Position numbers and translations under genes: made by a program | Part shown: positions 28,801-40,800 of the stretch, one piece after another | Layout: the number at the start of each line of letters is the position of its first letter | Numbering within the stretch: the first letter of the stretch is position 1 | Source: Vicugna vicugna | Lineage: Eukaryota | Direction: 5' to 3' | Length of the DNA stretch: 64,000 bases | Assembly: GCA_013265495.1 (NCBI GenBank) | Contig: MU058221.1 | Coordinates: 4,528,001-4,592,000 of the forward strand | Notes under the pieces: generated by a model | Seen by the model: only the letters and a program-made list of their open reading frames with translations | Databases searched by the model: none | What the model was told of the DNA's origin: nothing

Positions 28801-31800
28801 TAGTAGTCAGTGTCTGCAAATTTCAGACTCCCAAAGGTCATCATTCCAACTGAAGTAAACCAAAAAGAGAAAGAAAAATATCAATACGTTTTATTACAGA
28901 GTGTTGCCTCCAGTCTCTACTAGACTTCTGTTATATTTTGAAAGTCAAAAAAAAAAAGATTCCAAAATACCTTTGGTCCTAGGGATTTCAGAAAAAGAAG
29001 TGTGGGCCTGTCCGTATGATTTTGGGTGATGATAAAGCTGTGAAGAAAAGTTAAGCAGGGTGTAGAGGCTAAAAAGTGGCTAGGGGGTGTAGTGTGCGTG
29101 CATGCCTGTGTGTGTGTGTGTGTGTGTGTGTGTGAGATGGCAGGATTTTTTGATAAAGTGGCTTTTGAGTAGAAATCTGCACGAATGAGGAAATGAAACA
29201 TACGTGTGGATCTAAGGGAGGACTGTAAAGTCAGAGAACAGCAGAGGTGGTAAGAGCACACTTAGCATGCATGCTGTCAGCAAGGAAGCCAGAGGGGGTG
29301 GGCTGGAGCACACGGTGGGGGGGCTTAGGAGGTGGGGCCGGAGGGGTGAGCGTGCTTGGTGGGGGGCTGCGGGGCTGGGGATTGGGTTGGGTCATTGTTC
29401 ACGTAGAGTCTTCAGGAGCGTGGGAAAAACCAGATTCGATTCTTGGACAGGCGGGGAAGCCAGGCACTGGGAGAGGGACCAAACCTTCCGAGTTAAATGA
29501 AACGTGCATCTTGCTCCTTAAGGTGCTACGGGTTAGTGATAGAGAAATAGGATGCTGTTGCCATCACTTGTGCATCTAAAGATGGCAGAAGAAGCAGAAG
29601 ACATGAGCGAGAAAGTGACAGAGATCGCGTAGCGTTTAGAGAATGGCTTTGCCTGGAGGGTCCAAGACAAGGCAGCTGTTTGGCTTTGGTTTGCGCACCC
29701 TCAGCCCCCAAGAGCGGGCGATGCCAGATAAGGAGGTTTCAGATTAAGCGCTTGTCCATCTGTGGCAAGTATTAAAATGAGTGTTATTATTAAAGGTAAT
29801 AGTTAACATCCTTAGCCAACCCGCCAAATGTTAACTTATTAGATCATTCTTTTATCAAATAAAACCAAAGCTTTTAAAAATATTAATATCATATTTTATT
29901 TCCATTTTAAATTATATTCTTTCTTTATTGTAACACAATTTTACCAATACTGTTTTTTTTCTAGGACTTTTGGAGACTTTTCAAAATAATAATGCATTAC
30001 TTGACCAAATTCAGAAGTGTCTAGAGGCATATTTAGAATCAAAAAGAGTTATCTTTCCAAGGTAAGTTTATAAAGCTACCAACAGTATTTTTAGTTGTTA
30101 TGAGAGTATCCATGAATTTATAAGGCTGTATTTAAAAACAAACTGTAACCTCAAAACATCAGGGAACCAGAAAGGGAAGCAGGAAAGACATTTGATGTTG
30201 GCAGTCCAGCTAATGTGTTGATTGGGGGGGCGTCAGCCTAAAGGATGAAGATACAATATTTGGTAAATGTTTAAGTGGGTAAGCATCTGAGGTGTGCTAG
30301 AAGGATTCTTGATCACAGCAGTGTTTCACTGCTGGGTGTGTCTGTGTGTGCCTGCACTCATGTGTGTCTACAGATGTGTGTGTGAAAAGTTAGCAAGACC
30401 TGTGTTGCCGGAGCAGGTTTCTTTAGGTTAATTGGTGGCCTAAGGGTATCACTGCAGAATTTTTCTAAGAGGTCGTTTAACAAATTCCAAGTGAAATTTT
30501 TTTTACTCATCCGCTCATTCTAAAAACATACCAAACGTTTTGCTCAGTGCTAAAGATACAAAGAAGAAAAAGCCAGGTCCCTGCTCTAATGGAGCTCAGG
30601 GTTAACAGGCAGACAGTCATATAAATACACAATTAGAATATAATTGTCTGTGACCAGAATGTGACTACTTGGTGGTTAGCAGAAGTGCCTGACTTCGGTG
30701 ACTGGGGCCCATTGTACCGTAACACACAGAACATCGCAGAACAGTTCATCTTTCATGGATTTTTTTTCCTGTTAGCTGTTAAAGTCTGTCTCGGAACAAA
30801 CCCTGAGCTAGCCAGGGTTAGGTGCTCGTGTGGGCTACGTGGCTGAGGAGGGTTGCTGCTGGGTGCCAGGACAGGGCAGGTGTGCGCACGAGATAGCCAA
30901 GATCTGGAAGAGCTGGCCGAGTTCAGCACAGTCAGCTGGGCTTTAAAGAATGTGCGCAAATCTTAGCAAAACGTCATTCAGGCAGCGTGGGGGAAGACAG
31001 TTCGAGGTTTGGAACGTGCCTTTTGTTCATTTCACTCTTGAATCAGTGGGTTCCCACTTGAGTCTCCCAAGGCCAGAGACAGCCTGTACCCTGCCTTTGA
31101 TCTTCAAAGAAACCTGAGCACACATTGACCTGTGGTAATGCTGCACACCAGAAAGCATCGGCTTTTATTTCTCCTTTTGTTTAGAATTACATCAACTAGG
31201 TCTGCCATGTTTATGGTGTCAGCAGGCCCTGTGCGGGGTTGATTTCACGCTACAGGCCTTAATGAAGACTTACTATGAGCCACGGACCAAATTAGATCCT
31301 GGGGACACAAGGCGAACGTAGGCGACACTGTTCCTGCTCTCACGGGGCTCACTGACCACTCTTGATGGTTACCTGTGTCATACGTTGCAAAGAGGCAGGG
31401 GGACAAGTTATTACTGCACGTGGTATTTCAAAGAAGCAGGGCTAACACAGTGCAACCCAAAACATCTTTATTTCCAATGGCTGCCCCTGTGTTCCCTGCT
31501 GGGGGCTAGTCTCTCCCTGTCCCTGGATAAAATCTTGAGCAGGCCTCGTGGATTTTCTGGTCATTCTCATATAATAATACAAAATAAACTCTTGTCACCA
31601 TAACTCAATAAATAATCTGTAATGATCAAAACTCTGAATTTCTTTCAAAGTGAAAACTTCCCCTTTCTCTGGCCAAGCCTGATGCAGGGCTGAAGGCTTC
31701 AGTGGTGATGAGGATGTGTGGTGCTCAACCCTCTCCCTTCCCGTTAGGGTTCTGGGATCTCCAGGTTTGGGGCAGGGAGGGGAGGAGAGGTCTACTTGGC

Positions 31801-34800
31801 TGATACCCATCTGGCCCCCTCTCTCACACAGGGCCTGCCATGGGGTCTTGGGGTCCCTCCAATCCTGAGGGATCTCTCACAGGCAGCTTCCTCCGCGGGA
31901 CTGAAGTGTCTTCTCCAGCCAAACCCTCATCCCTCTGTCTCATCCCTGGGCATCCAAGGGTGTCCCTTCTCCAAGGTTTTTTCATAGGGTCCCTTCATGC
32001 CTCCAGATGGCCCTGTTGGACAGGATCAAGAAAATCCCAGGCAGGGTCACACCAGCATGGCCCACGTGTGTGTGTTGACAGAATCAGATAAGGCTCCAAC
32101 AGCCTCCCGTGCATCTTTGCAACAAGTCATGTATTGAATACGGGTGTACAAGGCTAGATTCTAGAGAAACCAGGTAACATGCACACCTTTACTCCAGGGG
32201 CTGCAAACCAAGTGTGAGACGTGGGAACAAATCAGGACCAGAGCAGGAGCTACATTTTTAGAAGTTTTCTGAAATATATCTGCCTTTTCTGTTCCAGGCA
32301 CTAATTCTAGATGTTTGAGATGCATCTGCACGATTTTTCATAACAATCATATTTAGAGACACGTGGCCTCTCCAGAAACCCAGGACCGCTGGGAAATCAG
32401 TGGCTGGGAAAGGATACAGCTAAGAGATTTATCTTTCCTGTTTACATAAGGCTTTGCTTCAATTTCAAGTTACATTTTAAGTATTTTCTTTCATCCAGAT
32501 TTTACTTCTTGTCAAACGATGAACTCCTGGAGATTCTGGCCCAGACCCGAAACCCCCAGGCTGTGCAGCCGCACTTAAGGAAGTGCTTCGACTCCATCTC
32601 GAAGCTCGAGTTTGCTCTCATGCCTCCCACCGAGGGGAAGATTCCTGGGATGGACGGAGAGCCAGAAAAGGTTTACACTAACGACATTCTGGCGATGCTG
32701 TCACCAGAGGGAGAGAGGGTAAGGCGCTTCTGTCTAGGGTTCTTTGTGGGTAAACTGTGTTTCTCTTCTGAGGGTGGAGGGTGCGTACTGGTACTCTGCT
32801 GGCTCAGAACTTCAAAGATGACCGAAGATGAAATTCTTGCCTTCAAAGAGCTCAGAGTCCAGCGGAGACGTAGGCAGACAAACAGTGAAGAAGCCCCACG
32901 GTAAGTGCATTAACAGAGGCACGTGCTCGGTTCTCGGGAGCAGATGGAAGACCCTGGATCCAGGTCTCAGCCCTCTGCAGGGGGCACACTGTGGACTGCT
33001 AGGAGCACCGGTGTTACTGCCCGGACACCTGCATCCCAGCTTCAGCCTCCTCTACAAGAGGAAGAGGAGTAATGGTGCCTGGTTAAGGAGTTGCTGGGGG
33101 GTTTTAAGTGTTACTGCTTGTAAACTACTTAGACCAGTACCCAGCGGGTGCTGTGACGTAGTAGCTGTCATTGTTTGTCTCCAGGGCGCCGCACAGGGCC
33201 TGGCATACGGTGAGCACCACGCAGGTGAGTTCCTTAGCTAACTGTGGGGAACCACGTGACCACACAGAGGCGGACAGGTCATCACAGTCAGCCAAGGAAG
33301 ATGGACAGGAGATGGGGAGGGACAGCATTCCATGCTGAGGGATTATGCAGGGAAGTGCCAAGGATTTCCGTCCCGGTAGGACGCAGTGGTGTGCATATGG
33401 GAGTGGCTGGAGCCCATCGACATTTCACTTGTCCCACACCTGCACCCCAGTGTTCACAGCAGCGTTGTTTACGGTTGCCAAGTTACGGAAACAACCTAAG
33501 TGTCCTTCAGATAAATGCATAAAGAAGGTGTGCTGTGTATATACAAGGCAACACTAGTCAGTCATAAAAGCAAATGAAATGTTGCCACTTGCAACAACAT
33601 GGGTGGACCTGCAGGGTCTCATGCTAAGTGAAATTAAGTCAGACAGAGAAAGGCAAATACTCTTATGTTACCACTTGTACATGGAATCTAAAAAAATAGT
33701 ACAAACTAGTGGGTAGAACAGAAAAGAAACAGATTCACAGGTTCACAGGGAAAACTAGTGCTTACCAGCAGGAAGAGGCAAGGGGGGAGGGCCAAGATAG
33801 GGGTAGCATATTAAGGGGTACAGGCTACTATGCAGAAAACAAATGAGCAGCAAGGGTGTATTGTGCAGCGCAGGGAGATATAGCCATTATCTTGGAATAA
33901 CTTTAAACGGAGTATAATCTATAAAAATATTGAATCATTATGTTGTACACATGAAACTAATATTGCAAATCAGCTATACCTCGATAAGATTTTTTTTACT
34001 TGTCCTAAATTGATCGTCTTGCAGAAGAATTTACTCATCCCTAGTGCACAAGGAGAGAGAGGGGACGACCTAAGCCAGGGTCCGGGGGAAGCATGGCATT
34101 TAAAGGGCGGGCAGAAGACGGACCGAGGCAGGAGGCCAGACAGGCAGAGCAGGCAGGTCATTAGAAGTCCGAGAAATAAATGAACAAGGCTGAGAAGTGT
34201 CAGCAACTGGGAGAGCTCTGGTAACCTTCATAACCTGAACAGGCTTAGAGGGGTGGTTTGGGCCAGAACTCAGACAGCAGCAAGTAGGGGATGAAAGTGA
34301 AAGAACTCGTGTGGAGCGCAGGAACTCCTCTTTCCAGGAATCGGCTCCAGGGGGGAGCAGGCAGGCGAAGCACTAAGCAGAGACGGGTAAGGAGAGGTGT
34401 CGAGCGGGGCATCGATAGAAAGTTCCAGTACTCGTGGTCAGGCCGCCGTGTCGCTGGCTCAGGGTTCTGTTAAGGAAGCACAGAGGATGTACCGCCTGCG
34501 GGTCCCACGCAAGCCAGGGTGTCAGCGCTGACTGTCTTCCAGGTGAGCCTGGGGAAAGGCCTCAAGGCCCGAGGCAACGTGGAGGAATGGCTGGGCAAAG
34601 TGGAGGAAGCCATGTTCGCGTCTCTGCGCCGCCTCTGCAAGGCCTCCATCGCCGACTACCTGGGGAGACCGAGGACAGAATGGGTGGTTGCCGGCCACCC
34701 TTCTCAGGTAACCCCCGCTCCTGCAGCTCCCGCCTCTGCACCCTGTTGTAGTGAGGTGCAGCCTGCATTTAAAGGAGGTGTTTCCCTGCAGGTGATCCTG

Positions 34801-37800
34801 ACCGTCTCTCAGATCATGTGGTGCCGAGATCTGACGGAGTGTTTGGAAGGAGAAGCCGGTCACCACTTAGAGGCCCTGGAAGCTTTTGAAAAAGTGAACT
34901 TTGAGGTGAGATTATGGCTGGGGGACATTGAACATATGGCTGGGCAAGACGGTCTCAGTGGCTTTTATTGGCAAGGTTAATTAAAGTCCACTGCTCCAGA
35001 GATTGCAACGCTCAGTCATGACCGACAAAGCTTTGGGGGGTCTCACCGAAGCCATTTATGTTCGAGTTTTCTTAGGGACGCTGCCCTGATGTTTGTGTAG
35101 TACTGATATAAATACTTTATATTAAAAGCTAGAAGGAAGTGTAATGGTCTGCAGCATTCAAGGGGAAATGGTATCGTGGGTCATGTCTCCCGCGGAAGTT
35201 TATTTGGTCCGGGAGAACCGCAGGATTTGTGCCATTTCTACTCTTAGGCTCAGCATGTGCTTCTTTGGAGACCCCTCAGACAACTGTCAATACAACAATA
35301 AATAAGTGAATGAATTAAATACCGCTTTGCAAGAATCTGGGGGCTATCGCTGGGAAATGCCACTTCACAGCTGGGCCAAACCTTTAGCTCCAAATTCAAT
35401 TCTACTCCCAAGCAATGTTGCACTTTTAAAGAATCACCCTTAAAACGGAAAAGGAAGAAACAGCTTTCTTGAAATAAGAGAAAACTCTCTCATGAAGGTC
35501 CTCAATAGCATTTCATCTCAAGGAGCCCCAGAGAAGAGACTCTCTAAGGGAGGTCCCACTGAGCCCTGTGCAGAGGCGGCCCCCGCTCAGGTCAGCATGA
35601 ATGAAGATCCAACAGAGCAGTTCAGGGCTCTCAGAGGCAACACTCATCTTGGGAAAAAATTTAACCGTTTCCTTGAAAATCGGGAACTCAGTCTAGTAAA
35701 AATGCTTTCATTTAGTCAATCATCTGCGTGGTCAAAATGCTCGGGGGTCCTTATTATCCAAAAATGAAAACAAATGAAAAACACCTATCCCCCAAAATGA
35801 GGAGCACAACCTGAATCACACTTCCTTCTCGGGGAGAACCGTCTTCTCTAAAGACGTCACCCCGTGACGGTCAAGAGCGTGGGCTTTCCCGGAGGCAGAC
35901 GTCTGCTCCCGTCTCGCTTTCCCCACTTCACGACTCTGACTGCCGTCAACTCACTTACCCTCTCTGACCCTCAGTTTCCTCTAACGCAAAATGGGAGGAA
36001 AGATAGTATATACTTCGTGGAAGTCTTGCGGGAATTAAATAAGTTAATCTGTTGTCTGGTTTGGTCACAGAATTACAGATTCTTATTAACTTTGGCAAAT
36101 TCTGGCAAATGTCTCTTCCAAATTTAAGAGTAAAAAGATACCCATGTAAGCTGATTTTGGAAAATTAATTATCACAATTCTTTTTTAATTTGTAGAGATT
36201 GAATGCCCTGGCTGCGATAGTCCGAGGCAGTCTTCCTAAATTACACAGAAACATCATAACTGCCTTAATTACTATTGATGTACACGCAAGAGACATAGTC
36301 ACTGAGCTTGTTCAAGCCAAGGTAACTGTTCCATTTAAATAAAATCACTTATTTCTTTCTGAAATCAATGCGTCCAACACATGTATCGTTGATACCATGT
36401 ATGCAGGTGGAGGAAGTCGAATCCTTTGACTGGCAGAGACAGCTGCGCTATTACTGGGATGTAGACCTGGACAATTGTGTGGCAAGAATGGCGCTGTCTC
36501 AGTACACGTACGGCTATGAGTATTTGGGTGCCTGCCCGAGACTGGTCATCACCCCTCTCACGGTATGTTCCTGATCATTTAGGTTCGCTTGGATACAGGA
36601 CATGCAGTGTTGACACTGCGTTTTTTTAAATCAAAATAGTCCTGGAAAGTTTCCATCTGACATTGGAAGGATTTACCATGAATACATCTTTGTAAAGCAG
36701 AGATTTGCAGTATTTAATTATGTGCCTAGATTTTTGAGTAGTTTTCAGTTGTCATAGAATTTCATAAAAAATCCTGACCCTCCTGCTATAGAAAGGAAAG
36801 GACTTAAGAATTTGTGGCCGGAGTCACTTCCATCCAATAATGACAGTTTCTCAATTTCTCCAGGATCGCTGCTACCTGTGCCTCATGGGGGCTCTGCAGC
36901 TCGACCTGGGAGGCGCACCAGCTGGCCCCGCTGGCACTGGGAAAACCGAGACCACCAAAGACCTCGCGAAAGCTCTCGCCATCCAGTGCGTGGTCTTCAA
37001 CTGTTCCGATGGTTTGGACTACAAGGTGCAGTGCTGGCAGCGGAACACGCACAATAAGTTTTATATGGCTTTCTCCACTTGCAACATGACGTATCGGAAG
37101 AAGACCAGGATGGGGTGATGGGGGGGAACTAGTGGGGCAAGGGATGGTTAAAGTGGAATAAACAGAACAAAGAGGCGTCAGCACAAGGCCGTTTGGGTGG
37201 GCCAGGTAGGGTCAAGGCCAGGGGAGGACTTGTCAATTGGTGGTAAAATTTAATCTATTCATGACAGTAAGTAGACATATAGCAGATGACATATGAGACA
37301 GAATAACAGGGAAATCTAGGAACAAGGAATGAGCAGCTCAGGGTTGTGTACTGAAGATGAAGTATGTAGGAGGTGACAATTCGCGGTAGGATTTTGCAGT
37401 AGAGTAGTTCACAAGCTTTTTGTTCACAGGACCCCTTTACACGCTTAAAAATTACCGAGATCTCCAAAGACCTTTTGTTTCTACAAATGGGTTCCGTCTG
37501 TAGATATTTACCATGTTAGAAATTAAAACTGATCCGTTTAAAATATTTATTAGTTTTAAAATAACAGTGATAAATTCATTGCATGTTTGCATAAACACAC
37601 TTTTTGAGAAAAATAGCTATTTTCCCAAACAAAAAACTTACTGAGAAGAGTGACATTGTTTTATATTTTTGAAAATCTCTAGTACACCGGAAATTGACAC
37701 GTTGTAATTGACTGTACTTCAATTAAAAAAAAAAAAGAACTGTGGAATAAAATCTGGTATCTAGAAACCAAAAGAAAAGAAAAGAAAAGAAAATCTCTGC

Positions 37801-40800
37801 TGTTTGGCGTAACAGAGGCTAGCCAGATGCCCATATCTGCTTCTGCATTAAATCTGTTAAGATATATTATTTCTGTTAAGATACATTATTTTATTTGAAG
37901 AAAATCTAGCCTTACACAGATATGTGTTCTACAAAGATAAGAATATTTGAATAACTTCTTTAGATAATTGTTGATATTCTTTGAAACAACACCAAAACTT
38001 GACAAGTGGCAGCTTCTTAAAGATTATTTGCAACATGAAAACTAAAACCATATGAATAACTTTTTCATACTCTGTGGTTTCATGAGAGAGTGAGAGTGAA
38101 AAGACAAATAACATTTTAGTATTATTATGAAACGACTTCGACTTCACGGACCCCCTAAAAGAAACTCTGAGATTTGCAGGAGTCCTCAGATGACAGTTTG
38201 GAAAAATGCTGTTTCAGCATGTTAATTTCTGATCTGGAAAGTTAAGTGAACCCTGAAGGGTGTAGAGGATCTTCAGAAAAAGACGAAGGTTGTCCTTGTC
38301 AACATCCCCGTCAGGCATGGGGGAGGACGCAGACTTCTCAGTGGGAAGGAGACGCTCTGCCACCTCCACCTTGGCCGGACCGTTCGGGAAGGTGGTAACA
38401 GAACCCTCTTCCAGGGGCAGAAACGAAAGACCATCAACATCCACACAGAGGTTACCAACAACGAAATCTTCCATTAGTAAAGTTTTTCAAGGTTTTCTTA
38501 AGTCATTAAGTGTGTCCATTCTATGTGTTAGCTTCTTTGGGAACTTGTATTTACAGAGGTTATGAAAAGATAGGCAAATTGGTCAGATTGTCATTTTATT
38601 TAAAACTAAAAGTTAGCTTCAGATCATTTTAGGGAGAGGCCAAAAGATACTTCCTCTTACTGAAAGGTGTTAACTTCTGACACAGCCCAGGAGTTCCCTA
38701 ACAGTGTTGCTTATGTGTAGATATCACCACTTTTTTAATATTTCAGCTCAAAATGTAAGTTTTGAAGGAGTTCAGCTGTCCAGTACACAATCGAATGGCA
38801 TCATTTCTTTCAGATGATGGGGCGCTTCTTCAGCGGCCTGGCACAGTCGGGGGCCTGGTGCTGCTTTGACGAATTTAATCGAATTGACATCGAAGTGTTG
38901 TCGGTCATCGCGCAGCAGCTCATCACCATCAGGAGCGCCAAGGCGGCCAAGGTGAGGCCGGGCCAGCATCCGTGGACATGGCGTTCCTCACGCTCGAAAC
39001 TGACTTACAGCACGTGGCGTTTTAGGAAGGATGGTGCAGAGTTTAGCCTGTCTCTCCTGCGTATCCAGTGTCATTGGCGAGCAGTGCAGCGGCAGGGCTG
39101 ATGTGGGTGACTTAATTCCTCATCCAGGCAATGCAGAGAAGCAACTGTATGTCAGACACTGTGCTGGGACCTGGAGACACGGAGTTGGTGAGACTCCGTC
39201 GCCCTCGCAGAACCTGTTCTTCTTCCGACCCCCAGCACACACACACGCACGCATACACATGCACACACAAGGCACACACAGACACACACATGCACACACA
39301 CAGACACACACACATGCACACACAGACACACACACACAGACACACACAAGCACACACATGCGCACATGCAGACACACACAGATGCACACACTCCCTGTCC
39401 TTCTCTCCTCCAGCTCCTCTCTCCCTCCTCACCTCTCTTGTTCTTGCCTTTGATGTTTACATCTCTGCCAGATTTGCCTTCATCCTGGCCCCCAGGCTCA
39501 GCCCAATGCTGGTAGAAAAATGAGAGAGGAGTCCTGGGGAACCCAGGGGGACCTTGACTCTCCAGAACTCACTGGACTGGAAAAGCCAAGGTGTAAAGGG
39601 TCAGATGAAGATAGTAAAGTGGCCCCACTGTTTACAACTTGTTTTAGCCCCCGTGAGCATGTTCCTGGAGAAGGGGTTTTGTATTGGGCAGGAGTGGCAG
39701 GGAAGGGTGGGACCGAGTCCCCTACCACTCTGTGGAGGTCACCGAAGGGCAGACTGACGTTCAGCCAGTGCAAGCCGAACAGCCTTGCCCGTGGTTTAAC
39801 ATTTAAATGGCCACTGCCCGGAGTCCCCGTAGGGTCCCCACCACTACCCTGACCCTTGGGGCCTCAGACCTCCTCAGGGTCCAGCCGCAGGATTTCATTC
39901 TGACCTAGCAAGGGGGCCTCCGGACGCAGGTCCAGCCCTAGGAACAGGGGTCATTCTCACTGGAAGATGCCCTGCTCAAGAGTTATTAAATATTTTGATT
40001 ATCGCCCCTGCAAGAAAACAAATTATAAAACAAGTAAAAACAAAGCAGAAACTGGACTTGAACAAGTTCTAAATTATGCAAGTCCTTGTACTTTACACTT
40101 ACTTCATCATCACACCAAACCTGTGTGAAGTAGGTGGTGTTTCCCAAGGTTACAGGTGAAAAGAAATTAAAACATTTCTGGGAACGGCACAGACACAAGA
40201 TGTACATCTGTGTGACCCTGAAGTCTGCAGTCCTTCAACTGCACGCCTTCCTGCCTCCGCCCCCTCTGGGAGGCCTGCACTAAATGCAGGGACCTCCAGA
40301 TGTGACGTGATGTAAGCCATCATCTCCATGCTGCGCGTTCAGCATCCTTGGTGAAGCGTGGGGAGCGCGGGAGAAGGGACCACGGAGGACGTGGGCGGCA
40401 CTGAAGCTTTGCCAATGGGGCAGCGACCATGTGCAGTGACAGGAAGGTGGGAGGACTCTGAGACTAACCACATCTCACCCTTGATTCTTCCAGTGGACAG
40501 GTGAGACAGCTGGAGCAGCAGGTTCCCCCTAGAACAGATGAGGAAACTAAAGCATGGAAACGTGCAGGTTTGAGGAACACGAACTGCCATTTAGAAGCAG
40601 CAGGACTGGGGTCTCCAGTTGTACCATCTGGCGCTTTCTCCTCCGGGCTCTGACACATCTGCCCAGCTCCATCCTGGCCTCCCCGGTGTTCTCTGCGCCT
40701 AATTACAGTGCCTCCATTCAATGGCCCTGCTGGGACCCTGGGCTTCATCTTGAATCTTTCCCATCACTGTCAACCCCAAACCTAAGCCCCCACCAAGGCC

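Noticed and set aside
38214..38565. Region open in several frames next to the Charlie element (possible hidden exon or retrocopy)
   Set aside because: No recognisable protein, splice pair, polyA or TSD; exons 24 and 25 already join correctly without it.
39031..39523. Several overlapping 79-140 aa ORFs rich in His/Thr or Cys/Val
   Set aside because: They are translations of the degenerate CA repeat, which lacks stop codons.
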